This document shows, piece after piece, positions 37,886-45,212 of a DNA stretch of 64,000 nucleotides. The position numbers were made by a program, and so were the translations under genes. The DNA comes from a virus (lineage: Duplodnaviria > Heunggongvirae > Uroviricota > Caudoviricetes): IMG/VR virus record IMGVR_UViG_2795385584_000001, positions 21,334 to 85,333 of that record; one strand, given 5' to 3'. Every line of letters starts with the position of its first letter. Position 1 is the stretch's first letter. The notes below the pieces were generated by a model that was not told where the DNA came from, did not search any database, and saw only the letters and a list, made by a program, of their open reading frames with translations.

Positions 37886-38052
37886 GGGCGTGTGGGGTGC
37901 TGACCGGCGTATGTGGACAATTGCCTCTACCAATTGGGCTACACCCCGCGAGCGAGGTGGTGGGGCTCGAACCCACACCTGACTGTTTTGGTAACCGACC
38001 TGCGTCCTGTCCACACCGCCTGCGCGCATGCGTCTGCTGGTGTTTGAGGTGG
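37886..38052 (-). ncRNA. Y-RNA-like tRNA-mimic module, unit 2
   Basis: T-arm GTGGG-TTCGAGC-CCCAC; acceptor hairpin CACCTCG-CTCG-CGGGGTG; D-arm TAGCCCAATTGGTAGAGG. Confidence 0.45.
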
Positions 38053-38218
38053 TGTGAGCGTGTGGGTTTCGTCCGGGTTTAGCGCTCTAGGCCGCTGAGC
38101 TACAACCACTTTCGTGGCTGGCGGGATTCGAACCCGCGTCTCTCTCAGGAAAGGAGATAACCGAACGAAGTCCTGTTCACACCGTGCTGTGCATGGAGTT
38201 GTGTTGGGTGATGGGGCG
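38053..38218 (-). ncRNA. Y-RNA-like tRNA-mimic module, unit 3
   Basis: T-arm GCGGG-TTCGAAT-CCCGC; acceptor hairpin CAGCCAC-GAAA-GTGGTTG (GNRA loop); D-arm TAGCTCAGCGGCCTAGAGC; long imperfect closing stem. Confidence 0.5.
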
Positions 38219-38381
38219 AACGTGTGTGTGCTGACCGGGGTTTAGCGCTCTGCCAACTGAGCTACAGCCGGGGGCTGGCTGGCGGGACTCGAACCCGCGA
38301 CCTCTCCATTACAAGTGGTAACCGACCTGCGTCCTGCTCGCACCATCTGGTGTCTATGTAGTTGTGGTCTGGGAGTGACGT
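38219..38381 (-). ncRNA. Y-RNA-like tRNA-mimic module, unit 4
   Basis: T-arm GCGGG-TTCGAGT-CCCGC; acceptor hairpin CAGCC-AGCCCCC-GGCTG; D-arm TAGCTCAGTTGGCAGAGC. Confidence 0.5.
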
Positions 38382-38528
38382 GAACGTGGTTGGCGCTGGG
38401 CGGGTTTGGCTCCATTTCCCCGCTTGGCTCGGGGCGTTCTAACTTGAACTACGGGGGCGTACCCCGAGATAACCGACCTGCATTCTGTTCACGTCGTCCG
38501 TTGTTTTGTTGTCTGAAAACGAAGCTAT
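38382..38528 (-). ncRNA. Y-RNA-like variant unit 5 (D-arm and hairpins, no T-arm)
   Basis: Hairpin CGGGG-TACGC-CCCCG; D-arm TAGTTCAAGTTAGAAC; hairpin CCCCG-AGCCAAG-CGGGG; shares the conserved flank. Confidence 0.3.
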
Positions 38529-38529
38529 A
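38512..38529. promoter_or_regulatory. perfect 18-bp palindrome GCTATACCGCGGTATAGC
   Basis: Same half-site as the 35477 and 38940-38995 motifs. Confidence 0.35.
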
Positions 38530-38595
38530 CCGCGGTATAGCGGTGCTGCAACAGGATTGAGGCTTGGCTGTATAGCCGCTCGGTAGCCGCGACCA

Positions 38596-38934
38596 TCACC
38601 GTCCGGCGCCAGCTCCTCCGCTCGCCGAGGAACCACCGCTACTAGCAGACCCGCTACCAGCGCTGTTACCTCCAGTTTCGCCCGCGCCAGGACCTGCCGG
38701 AGCTGTAGATGGACGGTGCTGGCCCTCAGGGCATTCCGGGTCCTCCGGAGGTTTGTATCCGCCGCCACCGGCTGGCGTGAAGGGCGCCGGTCGGGCGCCC
38801 AGGCAGGTCTTGGCGTCTGTCGCGGCATACAGGCAACGGTCGGGGAACGCGGAGGCGGTCGCAGTTGGGAGCACCGTTAGGGCCGCGATGGCGGCACCGA
38901 TGACGGCAATACGTTTTACATAAAGGCTTTTCAT
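38596..38934 (-). CDS. secreted Gly/Ser-rich protein
   Basis: Signal peptide MKSLYVKRIAVIGAAIAALTVLPTATASA; AT-rich 5' codons. Confidence 0.4.
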   Translation of the reverse strand: MKSLYVKRIAVIGAAIAALTVLPTATASAFPDRCLYAATDAKTCLGARPAPFTPAGGGGYKPPEDPECPEGQHRPSTAPAGPGAGETGGNSAGSGSASSGGSSASGGAGAGR

Positions 38935-38939
38935 GACTC

Positions 38940-38995
38940 GTAACGTATACAGAGCTATACACAGAAGCAAGGTCGTTAAGGCTTGTTCTTTCGTA
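38940..38995. promoter_or_regulatory. divergent promoter region with GTATAC/GTATAG operator-like repeats
   Basis: cgtatacagagctatac and gtatagtgcgctatac in an AT-rich region between the minus gene (start 38934) and the plus cassette (start 39019). Confidence 0.4.
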
Positions 38996-39018
38996 TAGTG
39001 CGCTATACATTCTGAGTC

Positions 39019-39270
39019 ATGGCAAGAGTGATACTCACAGCGAAAGCGCGGATGCGCGCCAACAAGCGCCGCGTCACGTCGGCACTCCGCAACGCAGGTA
39101 TGCCGCTCCTCGTCGACAACCGCGACGGCATCTGGCGCCTCTACTTCATCGGCACCGACGACACCGGTGTCGAGCTGGAGCTGATCATGGTTCCACACGC
39201 CACCCAGGACTGGACCTGGGTATGTATCCACGCCATGCCCACCAAGTACCGGAAAGGAGGGGCACAATGA
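39019..39270 (+). CDS. hypothetical small protein, candidate toxin of a TA pair
   Basis: 83 aa basic protein; stop overlaps the next start (ATGA). Confidence 0.3.
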   Translation: MARVILTAKARMRANKRRVTSALRNAGMPLLVDNRDGIWRLYFIGTDDTGVELELIMVPHATQDWTWVCIHAMPTKYRKGGAQ

Positions 39271-39461
39271 CCCTCATGAGCAGTCACAGCGAAGCCGACC
39301 TCAAGCGCCTCACCTTCGGCGATGACCTGGTCGTCGACGACATCGACCTCGACAAGGAAGAATTCCTCGTCGGCGACGGCGTCCGGCTGACCAACGACGC
39401 GGCAGACAAGATGGTCGACGAGACACTGGCCGAGGTCCGACGCCAGAACATCCGACCGTGA
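39267..39461 (+). CDS. hypothetical acidic protein, candidate RHH/CopG-like antitoxin
   Basis: 64 aa; segment GVRLTNDAADKMVDETLAEVRR resembles ribbon-helix-helix antitoxins. Confidence 0.3.
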   Translation: MTLMSSHSEADLKRLTFGDDLVVDDIDLDKEEFLVGDGVRLTNDAADKMVDETLAEVRRQNIRP

Positions 39462-39793
39462 CCGGCCCTGACGTCGCCGCACCGCGCGACATCGTCGCCG
39501 ACAGCCTGGGCGGTGGATGGCCACAGGCAGATGCTGCGCTGGACGCACTCGACCGCGCCGGATATGCCGTAGTAGCCAAGGTGTGGGTCGCGCAACTCGA
39601 ACTGATTGAGCATCGGGGCGGTTGGATCGGCGTCTACGTCACGCCAGAAGGCGCCGCCGCGGCCCTGGTTGAGTGGGCGCGCGGTGTCGGCGTCCCGATC
39701 GAGCACTACGACCCCGCGACCGGGTCAGAAATACTCGATAACCATCCCGAGATAGAAACGTACGGCGTCTCATATGTGGAGGTACAGCGATGA
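39458..39793 (+). CDS. hypothetical protein
   Basis: 111 aa, translationally coupled. Confidence 0.35.
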   Translation: MTGPDVAAPRDIVADSLGGGWPQADAALDALDRAGYAVVAKVWVAQLELIEHRGGWIGVYVTPEGAAAALVEWARGVGVPIEHYDPATGSEILDNHPEIETYGVSYVEVQR

Positions 39794-40098
39794 AGTGGAC
39801 GTGCGAGCGGCCCGGCCGCTGGACCGGCACCGACGGCACCAACACCGCCACCGCCGTACGCATGCGCGAAGGCATGATCGGCTGCAACGAGTGGATGTGG
39901 GTGACCAAGGTCAACGGTGAGCACATCACCAATGCGGATGGGCTCCGCGAAGCAAAGCGGGTTGTGTCCGAGCGACTTGGCGGCACAAACCTACATGCCG
40001 CGCGACGAGCCGCTGCCGAGCAAGGCGCGGCAATCGGTGAACGTCAACGACTGGGACTGGTGCCAACCAGTGCGGAGATCACCCGTGCAGAATCGTGA
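39790..40098 (+). CDS. hypothetical protein
   Basis: 102 aa, translationally coupled. Confidence 0.35.
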   Translation: MKWTCERPGRWTGTDGTNTATAVRMREGMIGCNEWMWVTKVNGEHITNADGLREAKRVVSERLGGTNLHAARRAAAEQGAAIGERQRLGLVPTSAEITRAES

Positions 40099-40288
40099 AC
40101 GCATAGAGCAGGCCGCGAGCGAATACGGTTGGGCGACTGAGAAGCCCACCATCTACGCGCCGATGTTGTACAAGTACACCAAGGCAGGCTGCCATCCGGT
40201 GCTGGTCATCTACGACATCCATGGCGATCTGGACGGCGAGATGATTGTGACGGTCGACGAAATCGTGGCTGAACTGTCCAGCAACTAA
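40085..40288 (+). CDS. hypothetical protein
   Basis: GTG start VQNRERIEQ...; 67 aa; stop overlaps the convergent minus-strand gene stop. Confidence 0.3.
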   Translation: MQNRERIEQAASEYGWATEKPTIYAPMLYKYTKAGCHPVLVIYDIHGDLDGEMIVTVDEIVAELSSN

Positions 40289-40719
40289 ACGTCGACCGGC
40301 GGCCGATAGATACGGGCGTCCATCCGCTGCTGCTCCTCGGGGGTTGTGGGCGCTGGCGGGTCGTTGTTCCGCATGTAGCGTTCCCACGCGGAACGGCGGC
40401 GGGTCTCGGCGTGGTGTTTCTCAGCGGCCTTCCGGGCGGCGCGTAGGTCGTTGCCGCAGTAGAGGTCCCGAGATGACGGAATAGCGTCCCAGTCGCGCGA
40501 GCCGGGCACGTATTCAGTGATCCAGCAGCGTTTGACTATCTCGGTGGTGGTGTTAGTCGGCGGGTCCCAGAGGCGGTACTCCGTTGTCCGTGGCAGCAGG
40601 GTGTACATCCCGCCGATGTCGTCGCGGTGGTGGGCGACCCACAACCAGCGGCCCTTATGCCAACGGTCCTCGATGCGTTTCCACGCCAGGGTCACGTCGA
40701 CGAAGGCGATGCCGGTCAT
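40285..40719 (-). CDS. hypothetical protein
   Basis: 144-aa ORF. Confidence 0.35.
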   Translation of the reverse strand: MTGIAFVDVTLAWKRIEDRWHKGRWLWVAHHRDDIGGMYTLLPRTTEYRLWDPPTNTTTEIVKRCWITEYVPGSRDWDAIPSSRDLYCGNDLRAARKAAEKHHAETRRRSAWERYMRNNDPPAPTTPEEQQRMDARIYRPPVDV

Positions 40720-41060
40720 GACGTTCCGCCATTCTGGGGCGTTGCGATGGCCGCTGCGGTCATGCTTTTGACCTCTGCCATGTACCGCTCAAACCGCAGG
40801 CGCTGGGCTTTCTCGTAGGGGCGTTCTACACGTTGGGTTGGCCAGTCGGGCTCCATGATGCGGCGTTGGGCCTCGTCTTCGGCGGCGTCCATGACGCCGG
40901 TGATCCACCTGCCGTCGTTGATCAGTGGCCGGGCGTCGGCGGGCAGCGTCTCCACCGTCTCGCTGCCGTTGCTGGGCGGTTCGCATTTGTAGAAGCCGCC
41001 CCAGTTGTCGAGCTGCCAGAAGATCTGGCCGGACGGGGTGGCCCATAGTTCCCAGATCAT
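40716..41060 (-). CDS. hypothetical protein
   Basis: Start MIWELW, coupled. Confidence 0.35.
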   Translation of the reverse strand: MIWELWATPSGQIFWQLDNWGGFYKCEPPSNGSETVETLPADARPLINDGRWITGVMDAAEDEAQRRIMEPDWPTQRVERPYEKAQRLRFERYMAEVKSMTAAAIATPQNGGTS

Positions 41061-41482
41061 GCGCTTGTGCCTCCCTGTCGTCGGACGCGTTGGCGGGTGA
41101 GGTAGGCAAGGACGTCGGCGACGTTGTATTCCGGTTTGCCTTCTGGCCCGGTGCGCTCGGTTATGCCGTCGCCCAGTCCTTTTCGTCGCCGGTACGCCCA
41201 GTTGCGGACCTGGTGCTCGGTGAGTTGCACGATGTGGGCGAGGTGGATGACGAGGTCGGCGGCCGACAACCACGCCTCCTGGTCGACGGGGGCGACGGAT
41301 GGCACTGCCCAGTAGACGCCGAGGTCTTGCCAGTACCTGTCGCGTTCGATGAGGGCCTGCATGGGGTCGGTGATGCGTCCGGCCGCGACGTCCTCAAGGA
41401 GCTGGCGGTAGGACAGTGCGACACGTTTCGCCTTGTCCTCGCGGCTGTCGCCTGTCCACTTCCAAACTTTCTGGTCAGTCAT
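41057..41482 (-). CDS. MerR-like HTH DNA-binding protein
   Basis: HLAHIVQLTEHQVRNWAYRR ... YNVADVLAY. Confidence 0.4.
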   Translation of the reverse strand: MTDQKVWKWTGDSREDKAKRVALSYRQLLEDVAAGRITDPMQALIERDRYWQDLGVYWAVPSVAPVDQEAWLSAADLVIHLAHIVQLTEHQVRNWAYRRRKGLGDGITERTGPEGKPEYNVADVLAYLTRQRVRRQGGTSA

Positions 41483-41566
41483 AGTCGTGCCCTATCGCTG
41501 GGCTGCGGGATACGTTGATGTGTCCCGTCTCTGGGTTCCATGGAAGCAGGTGCCGGGTACGCGGCG

Positions 41567-41920
41567 TCATGCCTCGCGGCTCCGTCCCCCGAAGGTCAGC
41601 AGGATTCCGGCCATGGTGAGCCAGTCGTGGGCGGTGTTGCCGTCGTTGATGCGGTTGAGCATCTCGTCGGCCAGCATCAGGGACACGCGGCGCCGGGCCG
41701 GGTACGTGATCCAGCGTTCGGGCGGGAACTGCGGAACCTCCGTGACGGTGCCGGGGCATACCAGCGCGGTGTCGACGGTGTACTTGGTTGGTGGGGACAG
41801 GGTGTCCAGCCAGTTGGAGAAGTCGGGCATACCGGGAATGCTGGCGGCGACTGTCTCGGCGTAGCGGCGGTAGACCCGCGCTTCGATGACATCCAGGTCC
41901 TCGACCGCGGCCTCTGTCAC
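41567..41920 (-). CDS. hypothetical protein
   Basis: Start VTEAAVEDL overlaps the upstream stop. Confidence 0.3.
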   Translation of the reverse strand: MTEAAVEDLDVIEARVYRRYAETVAASIPGMPDFSNWLDTLSPPTKYTVDTALVCPGTVTEVPQFPPERWITYPARRRVSLMLADEMLNRINDGNTAHDWLTMAGILLTFGGRSREA

Positions 41921-42954
41921 GGGGTGCCCGCGGGTGTCGTCTGGCGTTGCTCCGGGGTTTGGTGCGGCACCGGTCCACTGTTGAGGATCGCGCTGACTTT
42001 GTCGACAACGAGGCGTCCGGCGCCTGCCTCGTCCAGCAGTGGCTCGTCGGCGACGCGCTGGACCATGTCGTTGATGCCGTCGAGGCGCCAGTATGCCTCG
42101 GCGAGAAGGTGTTTCATTTGGTCGAGTAGTTGCATGTTCTTCTCCCGTTCTTCGAGTTCGCGCATGAGGTCGATGACGCCGCGCTGGAGCCAGGGGTATT
42201 CCCGTTCGCCGTATGTCCGGCCGCAGGTGGTGCAGTCGTATTGGTTGGTGCCGTCCCAGCGGCCGACGGTGTATGCGCCGCACTGCTGGCCGTCTCGTTT
42301 GACCGCGGGGCAGGGCATGGCGGAGTGGTGTCGTAGTCGGGGCAGGCCAAGGGCCTGGTAGACGTTGCGGGACAGCTCGATTAGTTGGAGGGCGATGTCG
42401 ACGCCGTCTCGGTCCACGAGGTGGCGGGGTTGCCCGTGCTGGGGATGCCAGCCCTCGTCGCCGTCGGGTACTCGGCCCCAGACGAGCATAGGTTGGGCGG
42501 GCTGGGCCAGGAGTACGTCTAGGTTCTCGGTGATCACGGCGGCTGAGCGGGCGACTACCTGACGTTGGTGGACGGTGAAGCCTTGGCGGCCGTGGCGCTG
42601 CCTGCCGGTTAGGTTCATCGCGTGCTCCACCATTTCCGCGGCCCGGTCGGCGGTCTCGACGATGTCGCGCTGGAGGGCATCACGTTGAGTGTTGAGGTTG
42701 ATGGCAGCGGTGGCGGTCATGGTGACGCGTGCTCGGTCGACGTACACACGTTCGCCGATGCCCTCGTGTAGTCGGTCCCAGTCCCGGGGTAGGCCGTTGA
42801 CGGCGTACCGGAGGCGGGTTAGGCAGCCGCCGCAGACGACGCCGTCGGCGATGAGTTGGCCGGACGGCTGGTCGTCTTCGTCGACGACGGTTGACCAGTC
42901 GTGGTTTATGCATCGGTGTCCGAACGCGCAGCGGTGCGGATCACGGTGCGTCAC
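41917..42954 (-). CDS. hypothetical protein (345 aa) with Cys clusters
   Basis: Long ORF with good coding periodicity. Confidence 0.4.
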   Translation of the reverse strand: MTHRDPHRCAFGHRCINHDWSTVVDEDDQPSGQLIADGVVCGGCLTRLRYAVNGLPRDWDRLHEGIGERVYVDRARVTMTATAAINLNTQRDALQRDIVETADRAAEMVEHAMNLTGRQRHGRQGFTVHQRQVVARSAAVITENLDVLLAQPAQPMLVWGRVPDGDEGWHPQHGQPRHLVDRDGVDIALQLIELSRNVYQALGLPRLRHHSAMPCPAVKRDGQQCGAYTVGRWDGTNQYDCTTCGRTYGEREYPWLQRGVIDLMRELEEREKNMQLLDQMKHLLAEAYWRLDGINDMVQRVADEPLLDEAGAGRLVVDKVSAILNSGPVPHQTPEQRQTTPAGTP

Positions 42955-43256
42955 AGTGTTACTCCTAGCAGGCAGTCGAGGTGGATGTAGTCGTGGTTGG
43001 GTACGAGGACGTTTGGCACGGGTGGCCCGGTTAGGACGGGTATGCATCGTTGGTCGTCGTCTATCGGCTGACCGCATCTGAGACAGGCCGTTACGGGCAG
43101 ATCCTGGCCCGGCTCTAGAAACCAGATGCGGTCCTGATGTTTGACCCAGCGGCGCGTGCATCCGGGGCACGTCCAGGCATAGCCCTGCATCACCATGGCC
43201 ACGTCCGGGGTGTAGTGGCCGCAGCCGCATAGGACGGGGGCGCCTGCGCTGCTCAT
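42951..43256 (-). CDS. Cys-rich zinc-ribbon protein
   Basis: CGCGH...CPGC...CLRCG. Confidence 0.35.
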   Translation of the reverse strand: MSSAGAPVLCGCGHYTPDVAMVMQGYAWTCPGCTRRWVKHQDRIWFLEPGQDLPVTACLRCGQPIDDDQRCIPVLTGPPVPNVLVPNHDYIHLDCLLGVTL

Positions 43257-43705
43257 TGCGCCTCGTCCTGTTCCCATGAGTTGCGGCATGTGATGCAGGT
43301 GCGGAGGACGTACCTGCGGTGCGGGAACTCGGCGGTTAGCGGACTGTCCCACCACGTCTCGTATTCGGGTATCTCGACCTGGTGTGCTGCCTGGGTGTCG
43401 CATTGGGGGCAGGTATCGAAGGCGTGGAATTGCAGGGCGATTCGGTATGGGTGGGTCTTGCGTGCGAACCAGTGGCCGTCGTTGTCGCGGGCTTTCGGCG
43501 GCCATACGGCGATCTCCACTATGGTGCCGGTGACGTTGAAGGGCAGGTCCAGGATGTCGCCGGGGTGCAGGGTGTCGGTCAGCCTGGCGCGGACAAAGTC
43601 GTCGTGTGCGAGGTTCAGACGGAAGGGTATTGGCCACTTCTTACCGTTGCGGTGCAACGCAACTGGGGTGGTCGGATCGTCCAGACGTATGCTCTGATAG
43701 GTCAC
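43253..43705 (-). CDS. hypothetical protein with C-terminal CPQC/CITC motifs
   Basis: GTGA-coupled start. Confidence 0.35.
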   Translation of the reverse strand: MTYQSIRLDDPTTPVALHRNGKKWPIPFRLNLAHDDFVRARLTDTLHPGDILDLPFNVTGTIVEIAVWPPKARDNDGHWFARKTHPYRIALQFHAFDTCPQCDTQAAHQVEIPEYETWWDSPLTAEFPHRRYVLRTCITCRNSWEQDEAQ

Positions 43706-44310
43706 TGCTGCCTCCAAGTCTGTCCACACTCCGTGCACTCCCGGGTAACGGAGCCGGGGTCCTGTGTGCATGGCTGGATGTAGTGGGTGTTGATGAATCT
43801 GCAACGGGGGCAGGCGCACTGGGCAGCAAACTCAGATACGCGGTAGGTGTCGGGTCGTGTCGGTTTGGCTGTCTCGGGTGCGCCTAGGACTTTGTAGCCC
43901 TGGCCGAGCCAGAGGTATGCGACCTTGCTCGTGCGGTCCCACCACCACTTGCCGATGTGGTCGGCCGCGTTGACCATGCTGAGCAACTCGTCGGGAGAGT
44001 CGACCTCGCCGACCATGAACAGCGGCTGCCCGGCACCAGACCTGGCAAGCAGGGCGCGCCTTAACGGGTTAGGCTCGACGCTGACCCGACGCCCGCCGCC
44101 GATAGTCACGTCGCCGACGATGGTGTGGGCGGCGATGCTGCCGTGGCTGGCCTGCACCGTGATGGTCCCGCCAGTCTGGATCGCGACGGAATTGTCGCCG
44201 GAGATCTGGATCTGGTTGCCGCGTCGGCGCGGTCCAAGTGTGAACAGGTACGCGGTGAATCCGCCACTAGCCGCGAGGAATAGCGCCAGGGCCTCAAGAA
44301 GCACACTCAC
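43702..44310 (-). CDS. membrane protein with beta-repeat (bactofilin-like) region and zinc ribbon
   Basis: TM VSVLLEALALFLAASGGFTAYLF; repeat ISGDNSVAIQTGGTITVQASHGSIAAHTIVGDVTIGG; C-terminal CPRC...CTEC. Confidence 0.4.
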   Translation of the reverse strand: MSVLLEALALFLAASGGFTAYLFTLGPRRRGNQIQISGDNSVAIQTGGTITVQASHGSIAAHTIVGDVTIGGGRRVSVEPNPLRRALLARSGAGQPLFMVGEVDSPDELLSMVNAADHIGKWWWDRTSKVAYLWLGQGYKVLGAPETAKPTRPDTYRVSEFAAQCACPRCRFINTHYIQPCTQDPGSVTRECTECGQTWRQQ

Positions 44311-44623
44311 GACGCCAGCCCCCGCGATCGGTTGTTGATGCGCGCTAGCTCCATGCCCTGTCGCTCCAGTTCCTCCCGTTCGGCCGCGCGTAGGTACGCG
44401 CTCTGCAATTGGAGGATGACGTGCCGGATGGCGTCTTGCTGGGTGTCGACACACGCAATGGGGTGTTGCTCCCAGGGCCGCCATATGCACCATTGCGGCG
44501 ACGCGGTCAGGACGTCGTCGGGCAGTGCGGACCAGTCCCGGCGCTGCCAGGGTGTCTGTTCGCCGTCCTGCGCTTTGCGTATGCGCCAACGCTTTAGCTG
44601 CTCCGGGGTCCACTCACGGTGCA
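44307..44623 (-). CDS. hypothetical protein
   Basis: Start MHREWTPEQL. Confidence 0.3.
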
Positions 44624-45009
44624 TCGAAAACCTCCTCGTATTTGCGTACATCGCGGACGATGTGCGATGGCTTGGCCACTGGCGCCTGGCAGGTAGAGCA
44701 CATGGGTACGACGCCAGCACGGGTAGCGGCGACCGTGCGGTCGCGTACCTCCCACTGGGCCGCTATCCACAGCGCCCGTGCGCAATTCGTGCACAACAGG
44801 AACACCTCGTTGCCGAATTCGTCTGCCTCCTCGCCGTCGCAGTTGTCCAGGACGTGTACCGAGACGACCGCGGTGACCGCCCGCCTGCACGTGTGTTGTG
44901 GGTGCTGGCAGGTCGGGCGTCGGCCGACAAACTGGTCGTTGAGTCCGACCAGTTGGGTGTCTACTAGGGCTGCGATCTGCTGTTCGGTGAGGCGGTCTCC
45001 GGTCATCAC
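44614..45009 (-). CDS. Cys-rich hypothetical protein
   Basis: Start MTGDRLTEQ. Confidence 0.35.
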   Translation of the reverse strand: MMTGDRLTEQQIAALVDTQLVGLNDQFVGRRPTCQHPQHTCRRAVTAVVSVHVLDNCDGEEADEFGNEVFLLCTNCARALWIAAQWEVRDRTVAATRAGVVPMCSTCQAPVAKPSHIVRDVRKYEEVFDAP

Positions 45010-45212
45010 TGGCAGTCCCCGGCGTGCACGGTCCAGCACTTGGCGCAGACGTCCGTGATGGCCGCTGGCGGCGCGGCGTTGGGGCAGTCGGTGTGGATGA
45101 GGGCGTCGTCGACGTACCGGACCCAGTCGCCGACGTTGACGGGCTCGTCGCAGTCCTCGCATTGGTCTGGGTACTTGGCCTGAAATGCCCGTGATGTCTC
45201 GCTGGCGGTCAT
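45006..45212 (-). CDS. zinc-ribbon protein (68 aa)
   Basis: CEDCD...CPN...CAKC. Confidence 0.35.
   Translation of the reverse strand: MTASETSRAFQAKYPDQCEDCDEPVNVGDWVRYVDDALIHTDCPNAAPPAAITDVCAKCWTVHAGDCQ

Larger units (their letters stand above)
37631..38528 (-). repeat. tandem array of ~6 diverged ~150-bp units, each holding a permuted tRNA-like module flanked by conserved motifs
   Basis: Conserved flank (g/a)taaccgacctgcgtcctgttcacacc recurs 6 times and gaacgtgtgtgtgctgaccggg recurs 5 times. Units contain a minus-strand T-arm (GGGTTCGAATCCC), an acceptor-like hairpin and a D-arm (TAGCTCAGTTGG) in non-cloverleaf order. Confidence 0.7.

Noticed and set aside
37736-38381. Initial reading of the 37.7-38.4 kb elements as a cluster of ordinary phage tRNA genes
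   Set aside because: T-arm and D-arm are present, but the T-arm precedes the acceptor hairpin and D-arm on the transcribed strand. No consistent anticodon stem-loop exists and the acceptor stem is a closed hairpin. A canonical cloverleaf cannot be drawn, so they are called tRNA-like/Y-RNA-like modules instead.
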